63,385 nt of DNA, filler included, from Octopus bimaculoides (GCF_001194135.2; 4 parts of 4 records of this genome joined end to end with filler, not necessarily neighbours in it), one strand, 5' to 3'; counted from the whole stretch's first letter, positions 38,480-49,600 are shown. The notes: generated from the letters alone by a model not told the origin. Translations and numbers: made by a program.

Positions 38480-38797
38480 TATCGAAGAATATTTACCTGT
38501 AAATAGATAAAAATTGTAACAAAAACAAATATACTAAATTGTAGAGATTTAGTTGCTTTGTTTTTATTATGCTGTTCTTAAATTCTAAATAATTAAAACA
38601 AATTAACTATATTGTGGAATTTTATCTGTACTTAGTTAAATTGTAAATGATGAAAACAAATTGACTATACTGTAGAATTTATTTCCTGTACATAAAGAAG
38701 AGATTAACTATATTGTAGAATTCTTATCTATACCTAGTATATTGTAGAATTTTTATGTGTACAGTTCATAGATTATAAAATACATTACCTATACTCT

Positions 38798-39014
38798 TTT
38801 ACTCTCTCTTTTACTTGTTTCAGTTATTTGACTGCGGCCATGCTGAAGCACCGCCTTTAGTCGAGCAAATCGACCCCAGGACTTATTCTTTGTAAGCCTA
38901 GTTCTTATTCTATCGGTCTCCTTTGCCGAACTGCTAAGTTACGGGTACGTAAACACACCAGCATTGGCTGTCAAGTGATGTTGGGAGGACAAACACAGAC
39001 ACACAAACAAACAA

Positions 39015-39045
<31 letters not shown>

Positions 39046-39219
39046 CATATACATGACGGGCTTCTTTCAGTTTCCGTCTACTAAATCCACTCACAAGGCT
39101 TTTGGTCGGCCCGAGGCTATAGTAGAAGACATTTGCCCAAGGTGCCACGCAGTGGGACTGAACCCGGAACCATGTGGTTGGTAAGCAAGCTACTTACCAT
39201 ACAGCCACTCCTGCGCCTG
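38798..39219 (-). mobile_element. SINE family A, near-intact
   Basis: Reverse complement of the 17858 copy. Confidence 0.9.
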
Positions 39220-39504
39220 TAGAATATCTCTGTAAATTAAGTTAAGAATTAAACTTGTAACCTTTAGTATCAAACAAATTCTCATATTAAAAAAAGTAAA
39301 GAAGAAAGCTATAAAGCATAAGATAAATAAAACGTGATCACAGATAATAACAAATGACAGAGATTTAAGACAGCTTTTATTATTATTTAAAATATATATT
39401 GATATATATGTATACATAAACGTTTAAATGTATAAAAAAATAATGAAATAAAGAAGTTATTATTATTATCATCGTCACTGCTACCATCATAATGATGATG
39501 ATAG

Positions 39505-40040
39505 TTTTCTTTATTGACCACAAAGGCCAAACACAAAACAAATACGGACAATACAACACAAGGGACAAATAGTGTTTGAAACCATACCGTGGATAAAATA
39601 AATAACAACAATTAAAATTCTTCAAAAGGGGAAAGTTCTTCTCAGGGATAACCAAGGAACACCACACATATTGGTTACTTCGACCTCCAGGGGCACCTCT
39701 CTCCTTCTCAACCTTTTCGGTTTACAAGGTAAAGTTCAGAGTAGGCACATTCTTACAGACCATCCTCACCACGTTCACCCACCTTTCAGTAAAAGTACTT
39801 CCCTCTCCATCTCCAGTTTCCTTTTCAAATGGAACTTGAAAAAGGTGATGTGGGCATGGTCAAAGTGGAAGGTATCTGTTTTCAATCCTTTCAATCTCAT
39901 CTACTACACTACTTCCTTTGCCAAAGCCATCAGACAGAGGAAAACTACCTTTCCTTCCCAGTCAAAAGAAAGTGACAGGATAATCTTCATGATGGACTTG
40001 GCTGAAAACTGGATCTGTCCTACATGCATCAACAGCTGTT
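39505..40040 (-). mobile_element. Tx1/L1-clade LINE 3' fragment
   Basis: VGQIQFSAKSIM..GKVVFLCLMALAKEVV..RLKGLKT..FFKFHLKRKL resembles the ORF2 end at 56650-56980; AATAAA and A-rich end at about 39505. Confidence 0.75.
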
Positions 40041-40044
40041 CAAC

Positions 40045-40360
40045 ACTTTGCCTTCTAGCAAATTTGTTGAAAAGTGGGTGAATGTGCCAAGAATGGTCAG
40101 AATGAATGGGTCCATTCACTCTGACCATTCTTGTGTATACAACTTTAGTTTAAGAGAAGAGGATGAGGTCAGGACAATTGTAGTTGTGTTGGGTTTACAC
40201 AAGTAACCTTTGGAAATCTCCTCTTTGAAGAATATTTTTTCTTATGTGAATTTTTTTGTTTGCTTGTTTTTGTTATTTTACTGTTTACATGCTTTCATAC
40301 CTTATTGTATTGTCCTGTACAGTCCTGGGTCTTTGTGTGATCCCTTAGTGGTGAATAAAT
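40045..40360 (+). mobile_element. Second Tx1-like LINE 3' end, fused head-to-head with the previous copy
   Basis: SSKFVEKWVNVPRMVRMNG followed by a T-rich UTR and gaataaa at about 40352. Confidence 0.6.
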
Positions 40361-41281
40361 CATTATCATCATCATTGTTATTATTATTAAATCATTCTGG
40401 ATGTCATGTATTGGTGGTAAAGTTTAGGTTCGTTGGTGAACCTTGGTTCTTGTTGGGAGAATTTTACATGGAATAAGTTGTGATGCATCATGGTTAATCT
40501 TTAAAATCTTATAATAATTCTGCTTGTCATTGCGTTACTTAGCCCGTCGGTAACACTTTCATGTGATTAAAGAAAAAGGCGAGAGAACATTATATTTATT
40601 ATGTGGTTGAAAAAGTTAGTTGAAGGTAGTGATATAGAGATAGTAAGAGATATAATTTTAGTAGAGGGGTGATGTTCTGATGGTGAGGTTAAAGAAAAGT
40701 AGNNNNNNNNNNNNNNNNNNNNNNNNNNNNNNNNNNNNNNNNNNNNNNNNNNNNNNNNNNNNNNNNNNNNNNNNNNNNNNNNNNNNNNNNNNNNNNNNNN
40801 NNNNNNNNNNNNNNNNNNNNNNNNNNNNNNNNNNNNNNNNNNNNNNNNNNNNNNNNNAGAGAGAGAGAGAGGGAAGGGGAGAGAGAGAGAGATGAACTAA
40901 GTCTTTAATATCAACTATCACTTAACACATGCACATAAGTGCAAATCGCGAAATATGCATATTTAGGTGGCAGACACATGAAATTTAACTAAAGGTTGTA
41001 TCATTTGTATGGGATATTTTTTTTTGTTTATGGAAAAAATGGAAAAATAAGAGTGAATATTTATTTTATGAGTGCTGTGTATTAAGTCTATAAAATTGTG
41101 CATCAATCATCATATTCCAATTTCTTTTACTTTTCAATGAGCAGCCGATGAGTGACACAACACAGGCTACGCTTTCAGCTTTTTTGGATAAAGTTTTCAG
41201 AAATAACCATTAATTTCGTGAAATATTCATGGGTCCCACTAGTTATTAATATTTTATAATGCATTACTTATAAACACAGAC

Positions 41282-41661
41282 TGCTATGCCTTGTGGGTAA
41301 TCATATAGAATTTTAGGAAAAAATATCTAGATGCTGTTCTCAAGAATTCTACAGGAAATGAATTACAATGTTTTGTGGGTAATCAATGCGAATATTATTT
41401 TGAAACAGAGAGCCTCTACTGGAAATAGGTTGCAATGCATTGTGGGTTATCATTGGGGTTAATAACAATAGGATGTAAACAGTTCCTTCTACAGGAAATA
41501 GACTGCAGAAAAATCCACTGTTATAATCCTTAATGTCGAATTGTTATAACACCCACTTTAATATAGCAGTATAGTTTTTAGACCAGTGCGTATTATTGAG
41601 AATACTAATATTTTTACAGAGAGAGCTCCAACAGGAGACAGGTTGCAATGCATTGTGGTTA
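41282..41661 (-). promoter_or_regulatory. Cluster of ZNF143/Staf-type motifs in a degenerate repeat
   Basis: Reverse-complement TACCCACAATGCATTGCA-like 18-mers at 41282-41299, 41364-41381, 41431-41448 and 41644-41661. Confidence 0.55.
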
Positions 41662-43339
41662 ATCATTTGTGAGGGCTTAACATTCATTTCTTATTGATGT
41701 GGTACAATCTGCTTTATAATTTTAGGTAATAGAATGGGATGGATTTGAGCATGTGATGTTGGTGTGTACATGCCCTTTCCCCACAGGAATAGAACTGGCT
41801 TATTGGGCTATAATCTGTTTGGAACTTCCCTCAAGCTCTACAAAACGTATGTTTAACTTATCAACAATGTAACATCTCCCTTGCCTTCCCCACACTATAA
41901 ACTACTCAGAGAACTCTCTACCTTGTCTTATATTCATCCCAACTGTGTCTTACACTACTTGGCTCCACACAACACCTACACGAATTCTTACCAAACCCCA
42001 CATAGGCTTGCACCATTGTCAACAATACTCTGACAATGTAATTCTTTTTATAAACAAGTTTCCCTACCTTTCCAAACCAATACTGATGTTGCACAGTTAT
42101 CATCATCATCATTGGGAACATCAACTATTATCTGGTTGTAGGAAAATAGTTTAGAAAAAATATCCTCCTCTTCCTGCTCCTCCTCTCCCCCATCATCATC
42201 ATCATTATTATCATACTAATCATTGTCCTATCATCCTCATATGCTTGCCATGGGAGACATACCTGTTGAAACCATAATTTATGTGAAGCTGCACAGTAAA
42301 TCTCACAGCTGTGGGAATATTGGGTTGGGGTTTTGGTGCTGGCTCACCTCATTCTGGGTCCAGCATAAGCCAATAAGAAGCAAATATCATCATCATCATC
42401 ATTAGTCATTCATTAACTTTATATTATAAATATTGAAGCCTAGAATTAGAAAATACTTTTCTTCTAAGAAAGTACAATTACCAATTTTTAGTGTATCTTT
42501 TGATATAAAAACATTTTGAATTGGTGAACCAAATATTTTGCCCACACCAAAAATGTTTAGATTAGGTTATCTTTACATCATGAAAAGAAAAAAAAAAAAA
42601 AAAAAAAAGCAGCACAATAGCTTATTTCAGGCAAGCTTCTGTTAAATCCAATCCAAATTAACTTATCTCAAATCAAATCAGGCTAGGTAGTGCAGGTCAA
42701 TTAAATTTCTTTTTATATCTGACTCTTAATTTTAGATGTCATGTAGAATAATGTGGTATCTGCATTGAGAGGTCCTCTCATATAGATGTTATGATATATG
42801 TCTGTGCTTTTATAAACTATATGTCTATATGGGAGGATCTATTAAGGCAAATGCTATTAAGGCAAATGATATAGAGATTGCTTTTTAAATATATTAACAC
42901 AATTAGATAATCAAAAGTTTGAAACCATTCCTCTAGAAATACCAGCAATTACTACACATTAAGAATACATTGTATATGTGAGTATGTGCAAGAATACTTT
43001 TGTCAAAGAAGAAAAAAAACACAGATTAGTTATTCATCAAAAATTACCTCTCATTCTTACATTATATTAATCAAGGCTTGCTATTGGAAACATAAATAAA
43101 TATATATAAACAGGTTAATTGAGGTGGGGCAGTGGCTGTGATGTGGTAGTTACTGTGAGAATCTTGGGATGAGGAGCCCCAACAAGGTGCCATCATTGTC
43201 GTTGTTATCATCATCATCATCACAGAGTTACTTTGGATATTTGTTTTTGATATTTGCATTGTTGGTGTTACGATTGTTGTTAATATTTATTTTTTCTTAT
43301 TTTTGTTTTAAATCAGATTTGTTTTTGCGTTGCCTTCTT

Positions 43340-43512
43340 TCAGTTTGCTATTGCAGCTTTTGTTGCTTTTGGTGGTGCAGTATTTCGACTTGATGCCATA
43401 CTTTGCACGACTTCGTTTAGCACATTCATAAAAATGTCCACATGATGGCGCTGTGCAAGCAACGTTGGACGGAGTCGTAAAGTGCTTTCTCCGGATCCTC
43501 CGACATTGACAC
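43340..43512 (-). CDS. ABAT: Terminal coding exon of 4-aminobutyrate aminotransferase (GABA transaminase)
   Basis: Strong minus-strand acceptor (ttttatttttattattttttcag|GT at 43512). The phase-1 exon translates (G)VNVGGSGESTLRLRPTLLAQRHHVDIFMNVLNEVVQSMASSRNTAPPKATKAAIAN* with TGA at 43340-43342. This matches the recalled vertebrate ABAT C-terminus [32 protein letters not shown]. Candidate minus-strand AATAAA at 43286-43291. Upstream exons were not found in the window. Confidence 0.88.
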
Positions 43513-43562
43513 CTGAAAAAATAATAAAAATAAAACACAGGGAAAATTATTAAATATACATA

Positions 43563-43820
43563 TAGGCACAGATGTAGCTGTATGGTACAAAGATTGCTTC
43601 CCAGCCCCACATGATTCCAGGCTCAGTCCTGCAACATGGTACCTTGGGCAAACCTTGTGAGTAGATTTGGAGTATAGAAACTGAAAGAAGCCTGTTGTGT
43701 GTCAGTGTGCCTTTGTTCTGTGTTTGTCCTACACTACCATCTGACATTAACTTAGTGGTTCAGCAAAATGTACTGATAGGATATGTTTTAGGCTTTAAAA
43801 GAAGTACTAGGGTCAATTCA
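43563..43820 (+). mobile_element. SINE family A, degenerate, about 50 bp from the ABAT acceptor
   Basis: Recognisable head, core and tail with deletions. Confidence 0.7.
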
Positions 43821-43849
43821 CACACACATAAATCCATATACATATACAT

Positions 43850-43880
<31 letters not shown>

Positions 43881-43913
43881 TAAAAACGTAAAATTAAAAC
43901 AGAACACAAAGGA

Positions 43914-44019
43914 TTCCGCAGTACACGTGTTTCAAGCTTTATACACAAACAGTCGTTGCATCATTATATGGGTATATAATTGATAGACAGGATGGTATAA
44001 AGCTATCTTCAGCCACAAA
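43914..44019 (-). ncRNA. Hammerhead ribozyme-like motif (Penelope type I), sense to ABAT
   Basis: CTGAAGA (44012-44006), 8-bp stem II agctttat/ataaagct, GAAAC, palindromic ACGT loop, GTA cleavage triplet (43924-43922). Confidence 0.7.
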
Positions 44020-44385
44020 TATATTCTTTCTCAAGAAAAAAGAAAAAGAGAGAGAAACAGGCGAGAGAAAAAGGGGGAGTCCATTTGGTATTATCCATTG
44101 TAATATCCATTGTAATATGTTTATCCTTTAGGTTGATACATTTACATAAAAGTTCATTGGTATTCCGAAATCGGTCCATATTGTGCCACAATTCAGGGTT
44201 GTGGCACAATATGGGCCGATTTCGGAATACCGATGAACTTTTATGTAAATGCATCAACTTAAAGGATAAACATATTACAATGGATATTACAATGGACAAT
44301 ACCAAGTGGACTTCCCCTCTTTCTTTCTCTTTTTCTTTTTTCTTGGTGATTTCTTCTTTGTGATATTATCTTGGGAAAGAATATA

Positions 44386-44491
44386 TTTGCAGCTGAAGAT
44401 AGCTTTATACCATCCTGTCTATCAATTATAAACCCATATAATGATGCAACGACTGTTTGTGCATAAAGCTTGAAACACGTGTACCACGGAA
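44386..44491 (+). ncRNA. Hammerhead ribozyme-like motif (Penelope type I)
   Basis: CTGAAGA 44393-44399, stem II agctttat/ataaagct, GAAAC 44472-44476, ACGT loop, GTA 44481-44483, stem I ccacgg. Confidence 0.7.
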
Positions 44492-44605
44492 TCCTTTGTG
44501 TTCTGTTTTAATTTTACGTTTTTAATTTATTCTTTCACTTCGGCCATTATCTGGCATATACAGGTGCTTACAATTATCAAGTATTACCTCTAACATTTGC
44601 TATAT

Positions 44606-44655
<50 letters not shown>

Positions 44656-44699
44656 TATAGAATTACATAAATACGGAGGAGAAGCACACTCTGAGATGT

Positions 44700-45300
44700 A
44701 GAGCAGTTAATATTATAATGGGAGAAGTCGGTTTATGGGGTTACCCTGGGTAATAAGGGGTTTAGCCTTATGGTGTATCTTGAGACCTCAAACACTGCTG
44801 GCCTAAGACCTCTTCAAAATATGGAATGGGAAATGCCTTGCTATAAAGGTAAACACTAGGTGATTATCTCCCTTCGTCATTAGCCATTGAGCGGTCACGA
44901 AAGGACCACGAAAGTAAACGATTGTCTCACTTCGGCCTTGGCTACTGGTTTCCATCTGTAGCATTGTCTTGTGGATTCCAAAAGGCCAGCAGGAATCTTA
45001 TAAAATACAAGCATGGCCTGAAAATCTCCATCCTGGAGTTCAGGGTGCTCCCTGGTATGAGCGAGTCTTCTAGGTTTCTTGTGTATTTTGCAATGCATAA
45101 CTTGCAATATTTTGTCCCATTGATGTAGGGACCTGGGTTCTCTAGTATTTTTCATGCGATCGAGTATTGTATCCCGTTGTCTCTTAGTTGGCAGATATGG
45201 TTGGCCAGCAATGTCACATATCTCCTTTCCGGGACTCTGAAGGACAAATGATTGGAAAGACGCTGTTTGAGAGAATTCCCACTGCATCCCAAGTTTTTCT
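44700..45300 (-). mobile_element. Penelope-like element, GIY-YIG endonuclease C-terminus and 3' region
   Basis: A frame not shown in the ORF track reads LGCSGNSLKQRLSNHLSFR..LANHICQLRDNGIQYSIA*KILENPGPYINGTKYCKLC..LNSRMEIFRPC. Confidence 0.8.
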
Positions 45301-45595
45301 GTGAGCACGTGATGTCGGTGCACTGTTGCTGTTGTAAGTGCTGCTGTTGTTGCTGCCATTGCTACTGATGCCGCCAGTGGTGTTGTCGCTGATAGAGTTG
45401 GGACTGTTGGTGTCGATGGAGATGGTGGTGTCCGTAATATTTTCGTCCCTGCGTGTGTTGCCTGTGATGCAGTCATTGTTGCTGCTGCTGCTGGCATTGT
45501 TGTTGTTGTTGTTATCGCTGTTGCCGCCAGTGTTGTTATTGTTGTTGATGGAGTTGGGGTTGCTGGGGTTGTTGGTGCTAGCAATGGTGAAGTAG
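45300..45595. repeat. Degenerate GTT/GCT low-complexity tract
   Basis: Source of the L-rich and T/A-rich ORFs. Confidence 0.7.
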
Positions 45596-45616
45596 GAAAA
45601 TAAACTTACCCTCTAG

Positions 45617-46139
45617 TGTAGGATATTACGTATTATATTGTATTACATTACATATATTATATGTTGTATATTGTATTATATGATGTATTATACATAATAT
45701 TGCCCTCTGGTAACCCCTGCCTGTTTAGTCTGATTTCATCTATAAGAATTGGATGAGATATGACGGCTCGGCCATCTCTCCCCAGTTCTTATATTAATCA
45801 TTAAAATCCAGAAATACAACACGAGGGATAACGGTAACAACAGATCAATAATTTATTCTAGGTTGGTGTAGAGCCTTTTCGTTCCTGGGTGAACAGGCAT
45901 GCCGCTAGAATACCAAGGAAGCTTCGACCACATGTCGGTATCGAGTTGAGAGAGCACTGGAAAAACGTGTTGTCGCGACAGCTGCTAGATAGAGAAGAGA
46001 GGTCGAACGCTATTGCTCTCTCTCAACCTGTTGCATTGCGCATGCGTGCTCGGGTACTTCCGCTGACGGCAAGTCCCTTGCACATGCGCAATTGCACTTC
46101 CCAAGATGGCGGCCAATGGCGGCCACACGCACCACTACA
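45617..46139 (-). mobile_element. 3' LTR of a third LTR retroelement
   Basis: Minus strand TGTAG...CTACA termini; polypurine tract ggtggggggacat immediately upstream (46140-46152); minus-strand AATAAA at 45852-45857. Confidence 0.75.
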
Positions 46140-46370
46140 ATGTCCCCCCCACCGAGTGCATAGCACGAAACAAAGAAAGATTGTAGAGGGCGCGGAAACA
46201 AGATGCCCGCCGAACCCAGAAAACATGGCTAAAATTATACAATGAAAAAACAAAAATTGTTTTGTTAAAACAAAGAATGACAAGCTCAATAAATTTGCAA
46301 AGCAATGCTGTGTCGGATTCAATAATNNNNNNNNNNNNNNNNNNNNNNNNNNNNNNNNNNNNNNNNNNNN

Positions 46371-46382
46371 TTAATTAATTAA
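46371..46382. other. Artificial scaffold-join linker
   Basis: N44-TTAATTAATTAA-N44. Confidence 0.95.
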
Positions 46383-46479
46383 NNNNNNNNNNNNNNNNNN
46401 NNNNNNNNNNNNNNNNNNNNNNNNNNCTTTGTAATTTGTCCATTTTCTGTATTTAGCCCTGTGTGGCTATAATAAAAAG

Positions 46480-46480
46480 A

Positions 46481-46533
<53 letters not shown>

Positions 46534-46536
46534 GTG

Positions 46537-46599
<63 letters not shown>

Positions 46600-46600
46600 T
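46480..46600. repeat. (TCTA)n microsatellite
   Basis: Direct inspection. Confidence 0.95.
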
Positions 46601-46730
46601 TATCCCTAGAAGAGGAGCTTGTTTCCTTGCATTGGACACACACACACACACACACATATATATATGTATACACACGTATATATATACACATATATAAATA
46701 TACATACATGCCTACATACACACACACGCA

Positions 46731-46779
<49 letters not shown>

Positions 46780-48139
46780 GAAAGAATGTATGGTGAATAA
46801 ACAAACGGCATAACGTATACTGAGTCTACAACCGGACGGGAGACACGCAGAATGTCCCTAATTCTTCATCGGTTATCAACCGATTTAGAAATACTCAGTT
46901 TCGCACCGTTAATGATAAGACTGAGAACTTCCTATATTGGTGGTGTCCGCAAAACTTTTTTGCGGAGAATTTAGGGCCGAGAGGAAACAAAACAATACAC
47001 AATGGACATACGGAAGTGAATAAGGTGAATAAATGTGATTTAGGACGATGGACAAAAACGAAATACATAAAATAAAGGACGAACAAAATTAGCCTTGGGG
47101 CCCAAAAGACAAGAATAGTGGGTAACACTTAGAAGACATCCTAAAGGATAATGAACAGTGAGACAGAGAATTTGCGACTGGTCACCTACGGAACCAGTGA
47201 GCGAAAGGGAATATATATACATATATACACACACATACCTAAATGAATAAAGTAGCTGTGGCTTGGTCACTGAAGCGATTGCATTGAAGAGCAGCTAATG
47301 TCCCAAGAGTTATCTTTCCTGTTTGTTTTTTATTTTTATCTTTTATATTAATTCGTTTAAATATAAGACTATTTTAATTAATTTGCTAGAATCTTCTTCG
47401 TTTGTCATCTTTACTGTGTCTTACTTACAAAACTCCTCTGTAAAACGAATATTTTTTTAATACCTTAATTCGGTAGTGTTTTGTATGTGAATGACCTTGG
47501 ATTTGTGGGTCTGTCGTTACCTCTACATTCAATTACTCTTCGTTCTCCATTTCTTCTTATTTACTACTTGTCTTAAATAAAACAACAAATTGGAAGGGCG
47601 ACGTAGGAGAAAGATAGAATGAGGTAAAGAACTACTGAATTGCACAAGGGCCTTACATTTCAGGTAAGTTTGAGTATTGACGAAGTCAAGTATCAACGCG
47701 AACTAATTAATGAACCCTGCGCTATATATTGAGTACATTTTCCTTGCTCAAACAAATGTGTGGGTTTGTGCGTATGTATCGTGTATGTAATGCATGCACG
47801 CATGTGTTTGTGTGTAGGTTAGCGTCAGTTTCAGTTTAACTGTGAACAAAATTTCAGTAACTTGCATTCTATCATGGGAGTGTTTTAAATCGGCAGTAAT
47901 ACTTCAGAGGTTATAACAGATATACATCATATTTTAAGTTGAAATATTAATGAAGATATAGCTCTACTTCTTTGCTGTCTTACGGAAGAGTCACGACTTT
48001 AATATCAGAAAATAGTTGTCAACATGTCAACTTCCTCAGTCATTAATTTGATTTATATTCTTTGAAAAGTCTTTTCCATTCCTCTAGTCTGAGATTTACA
48101 GAAGCTCAATAATTGTAAATCGTTTCACATAAAAGTTTA

Positions 48140-48330
48140 CATTTAAATTGTATAGCCGTAGGGTTATGAATTTTGCTTCGCAAGTGCATGGTTTCGGGTT
48201 CAGTCCCACTACGCGGCACCCCACCTATATGCCGCATACAGTCCTGCAGTGCGGCACTGTATCCCCAGGTCGGATAATGTTCTGTAAATGAATATGGTAG
48301 ACGGAAAATGTGAGAAGCCCATCGCATATG
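48140..48330 (-). mobile_element. SINE family A-related rearranged fragment
   Basis: gggttcagtcccactacgcggcacc head segment and a gaagcccatcg segment. Confidence 0.45.
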
Positions 48331-48994
48331 TGATATATGTGTGTGCGCGCACGCACGAGTGTGTTTCTGTGTGTTTGTTTATGTAAGTATGTATGTATGT
48401 ATTATATATTATTGTATATATTATTTGTTATAAATTATTCTTTAATTCTCACTGTGCTTTAAATAAAGCGTCACAATGAGCATCACTTAAATAACACCTT
48501 CAAATCTGTCCACCCCATGTCTTGTTGAATCAGCCAACACATAAACACAGTAATCTCAAGTAATCATAAAGCTTTATTTTCCTGGTACCCAGTGTGAAAC
48601 AATAGTAGCGTAGCTGGGGGTCGAATTCTAGGGAGAAGTCCGCCCCGGGCAACGCTTTTATGAAGGCGGTACTTCTGGATCTATATTGGGGCACGGTAAC
48701 CGGAAAGGCTGCCGCGAGTATCACACACTAGCTAAGCTACTGCAATGTATTGCTGAAATTTCAGAGAAATTTCTTAAAGCTAAATAAATGCAATGAATTA
48801 ACAGATTTTCTGACATACAACATCTGTGACATTTTTCCCATTTACTTTTATTTATGCTTTCTATATACTTTTAGTACATTCTTGAAAGATTATTTAAAAG
48901 AACACCTTAAAATAAAAAAAATAATCTGGAAAATTCTTAGAATGGTTTTAATAAACTCATATGCAGAAGGAAATTGTACAAAATATGAAAATAG

Positions 48995-49000
48995 TTATTA

Positions 49001-49068
<68 letters not shown>
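48995..49068. repeat. (ATT)n microsatellite
   Basis: Direct inspection. Confidence 0.95.
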
Positions 49069-49069
<1 letters not shown>

Positions 49070-49399
49070 GAAACAACAACTAGAGTGATAGCAAACACTA
49101 TATGAGAGCAATCAGATACTTTAAAAATGCTATGTCACTACACTTCACATGTTCTTAGGCTTGGTTTTCCTTAACAAAATACTTCCAATTTGAGCGGTTG
49201 TTGGCTCTATACAAGAGACCGGTGGGGGCTCACTATTCACATGTGTACGATGATGAAGATGGTGTTATATACACTAACATACTTAGCTTGCATCTATAAA
49301 TACAAATTACGTTGCATCTGTAAATAGACCATCATGTTGGGTGGTAATGATGCATTCACCAGCAAGCTATGACCACTTGTACACCGAATGTGCTGAATC

Positions 49400-49600
49400 A
49401 TATTCGAAATCAGCAAGCTGTGCGTTAGCCGACGCACTAGAATCTTCTTCGTTCGTCATCTTTACTGTGTCTTACTTACAAAACTCCACCGTAAAACCTT
49501 CGCCAAATCTTTTATCCTTAGAACGGCAACCATCTGGAACTCATGATCGCGCACATTTTCTCTGCAGGTATCAATCTTTAGAAGATTTTTTTGATCAGCG
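49400..49600 (+). mobile_element. CR1/L2-type LINE 3' ORF2 relic
   Basis: VRHLYCVLLTKLHRKTFAKSFILRTATIWNS (SFFPRTxxxWNSLP-like); a shorter copy lies at about 47388-47440. Confidence 0.6.

Larger units (their letters stand above)
30880..38790. repeat. Interrupted ~59-60-bp AT-rich satellite (segments 30880-30960, 33723-34068, 37001-37079, 38480-38790)
   Basis: Unit aaattgtaaataatgaaaacaaattaactatactgtagaatttttatctgtacaattcat recurs in the same orientation in all four segments. Confidence 0.8.
43875..44530. repeat. 656-bp palindrome (inverted Penelope-like terminal repeats)
   Basis: Arms 43875-44191 and 44199-44530 around the loop ttcaggg; scattered, mostly transition mismatches; divergent only in an inner purine/pyrimidine tract. 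Confidence 0.92.

Noticed and set aside
31364-41670. CRISPR interpretation of the repeat-spacer arrays (31364-31620 and 41270-41670)
   Set aside because: Eukaryotic context, degenerate repeats, irregular spacers and no cas genes; better explained as PBS units and transcription-factor motifs
44009-44363. Two near-identical ORFs on opposite strands
   Set aside because: A consequence of the palindrome, not coding
45889-46245. 118-aa ORF in GC-rich sequence
   Set aside because: Lies within an LTR and has no protein motif
46820-46880. Minus-strand LGTFC, resembling ABAT RGxGTFC
   Set aside because: Context (LITDEELGTFCVSPVRL*) does not fit, there is an in-frame stop, and no suitable splice sites; the similar hit near 61790 was rejected too
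47388-49490. ~55-bp direct repeat shared by 47388-47440 and 49437-49490
   Set aside because: Both are pieces of a CR1/L2 LINE 3' end
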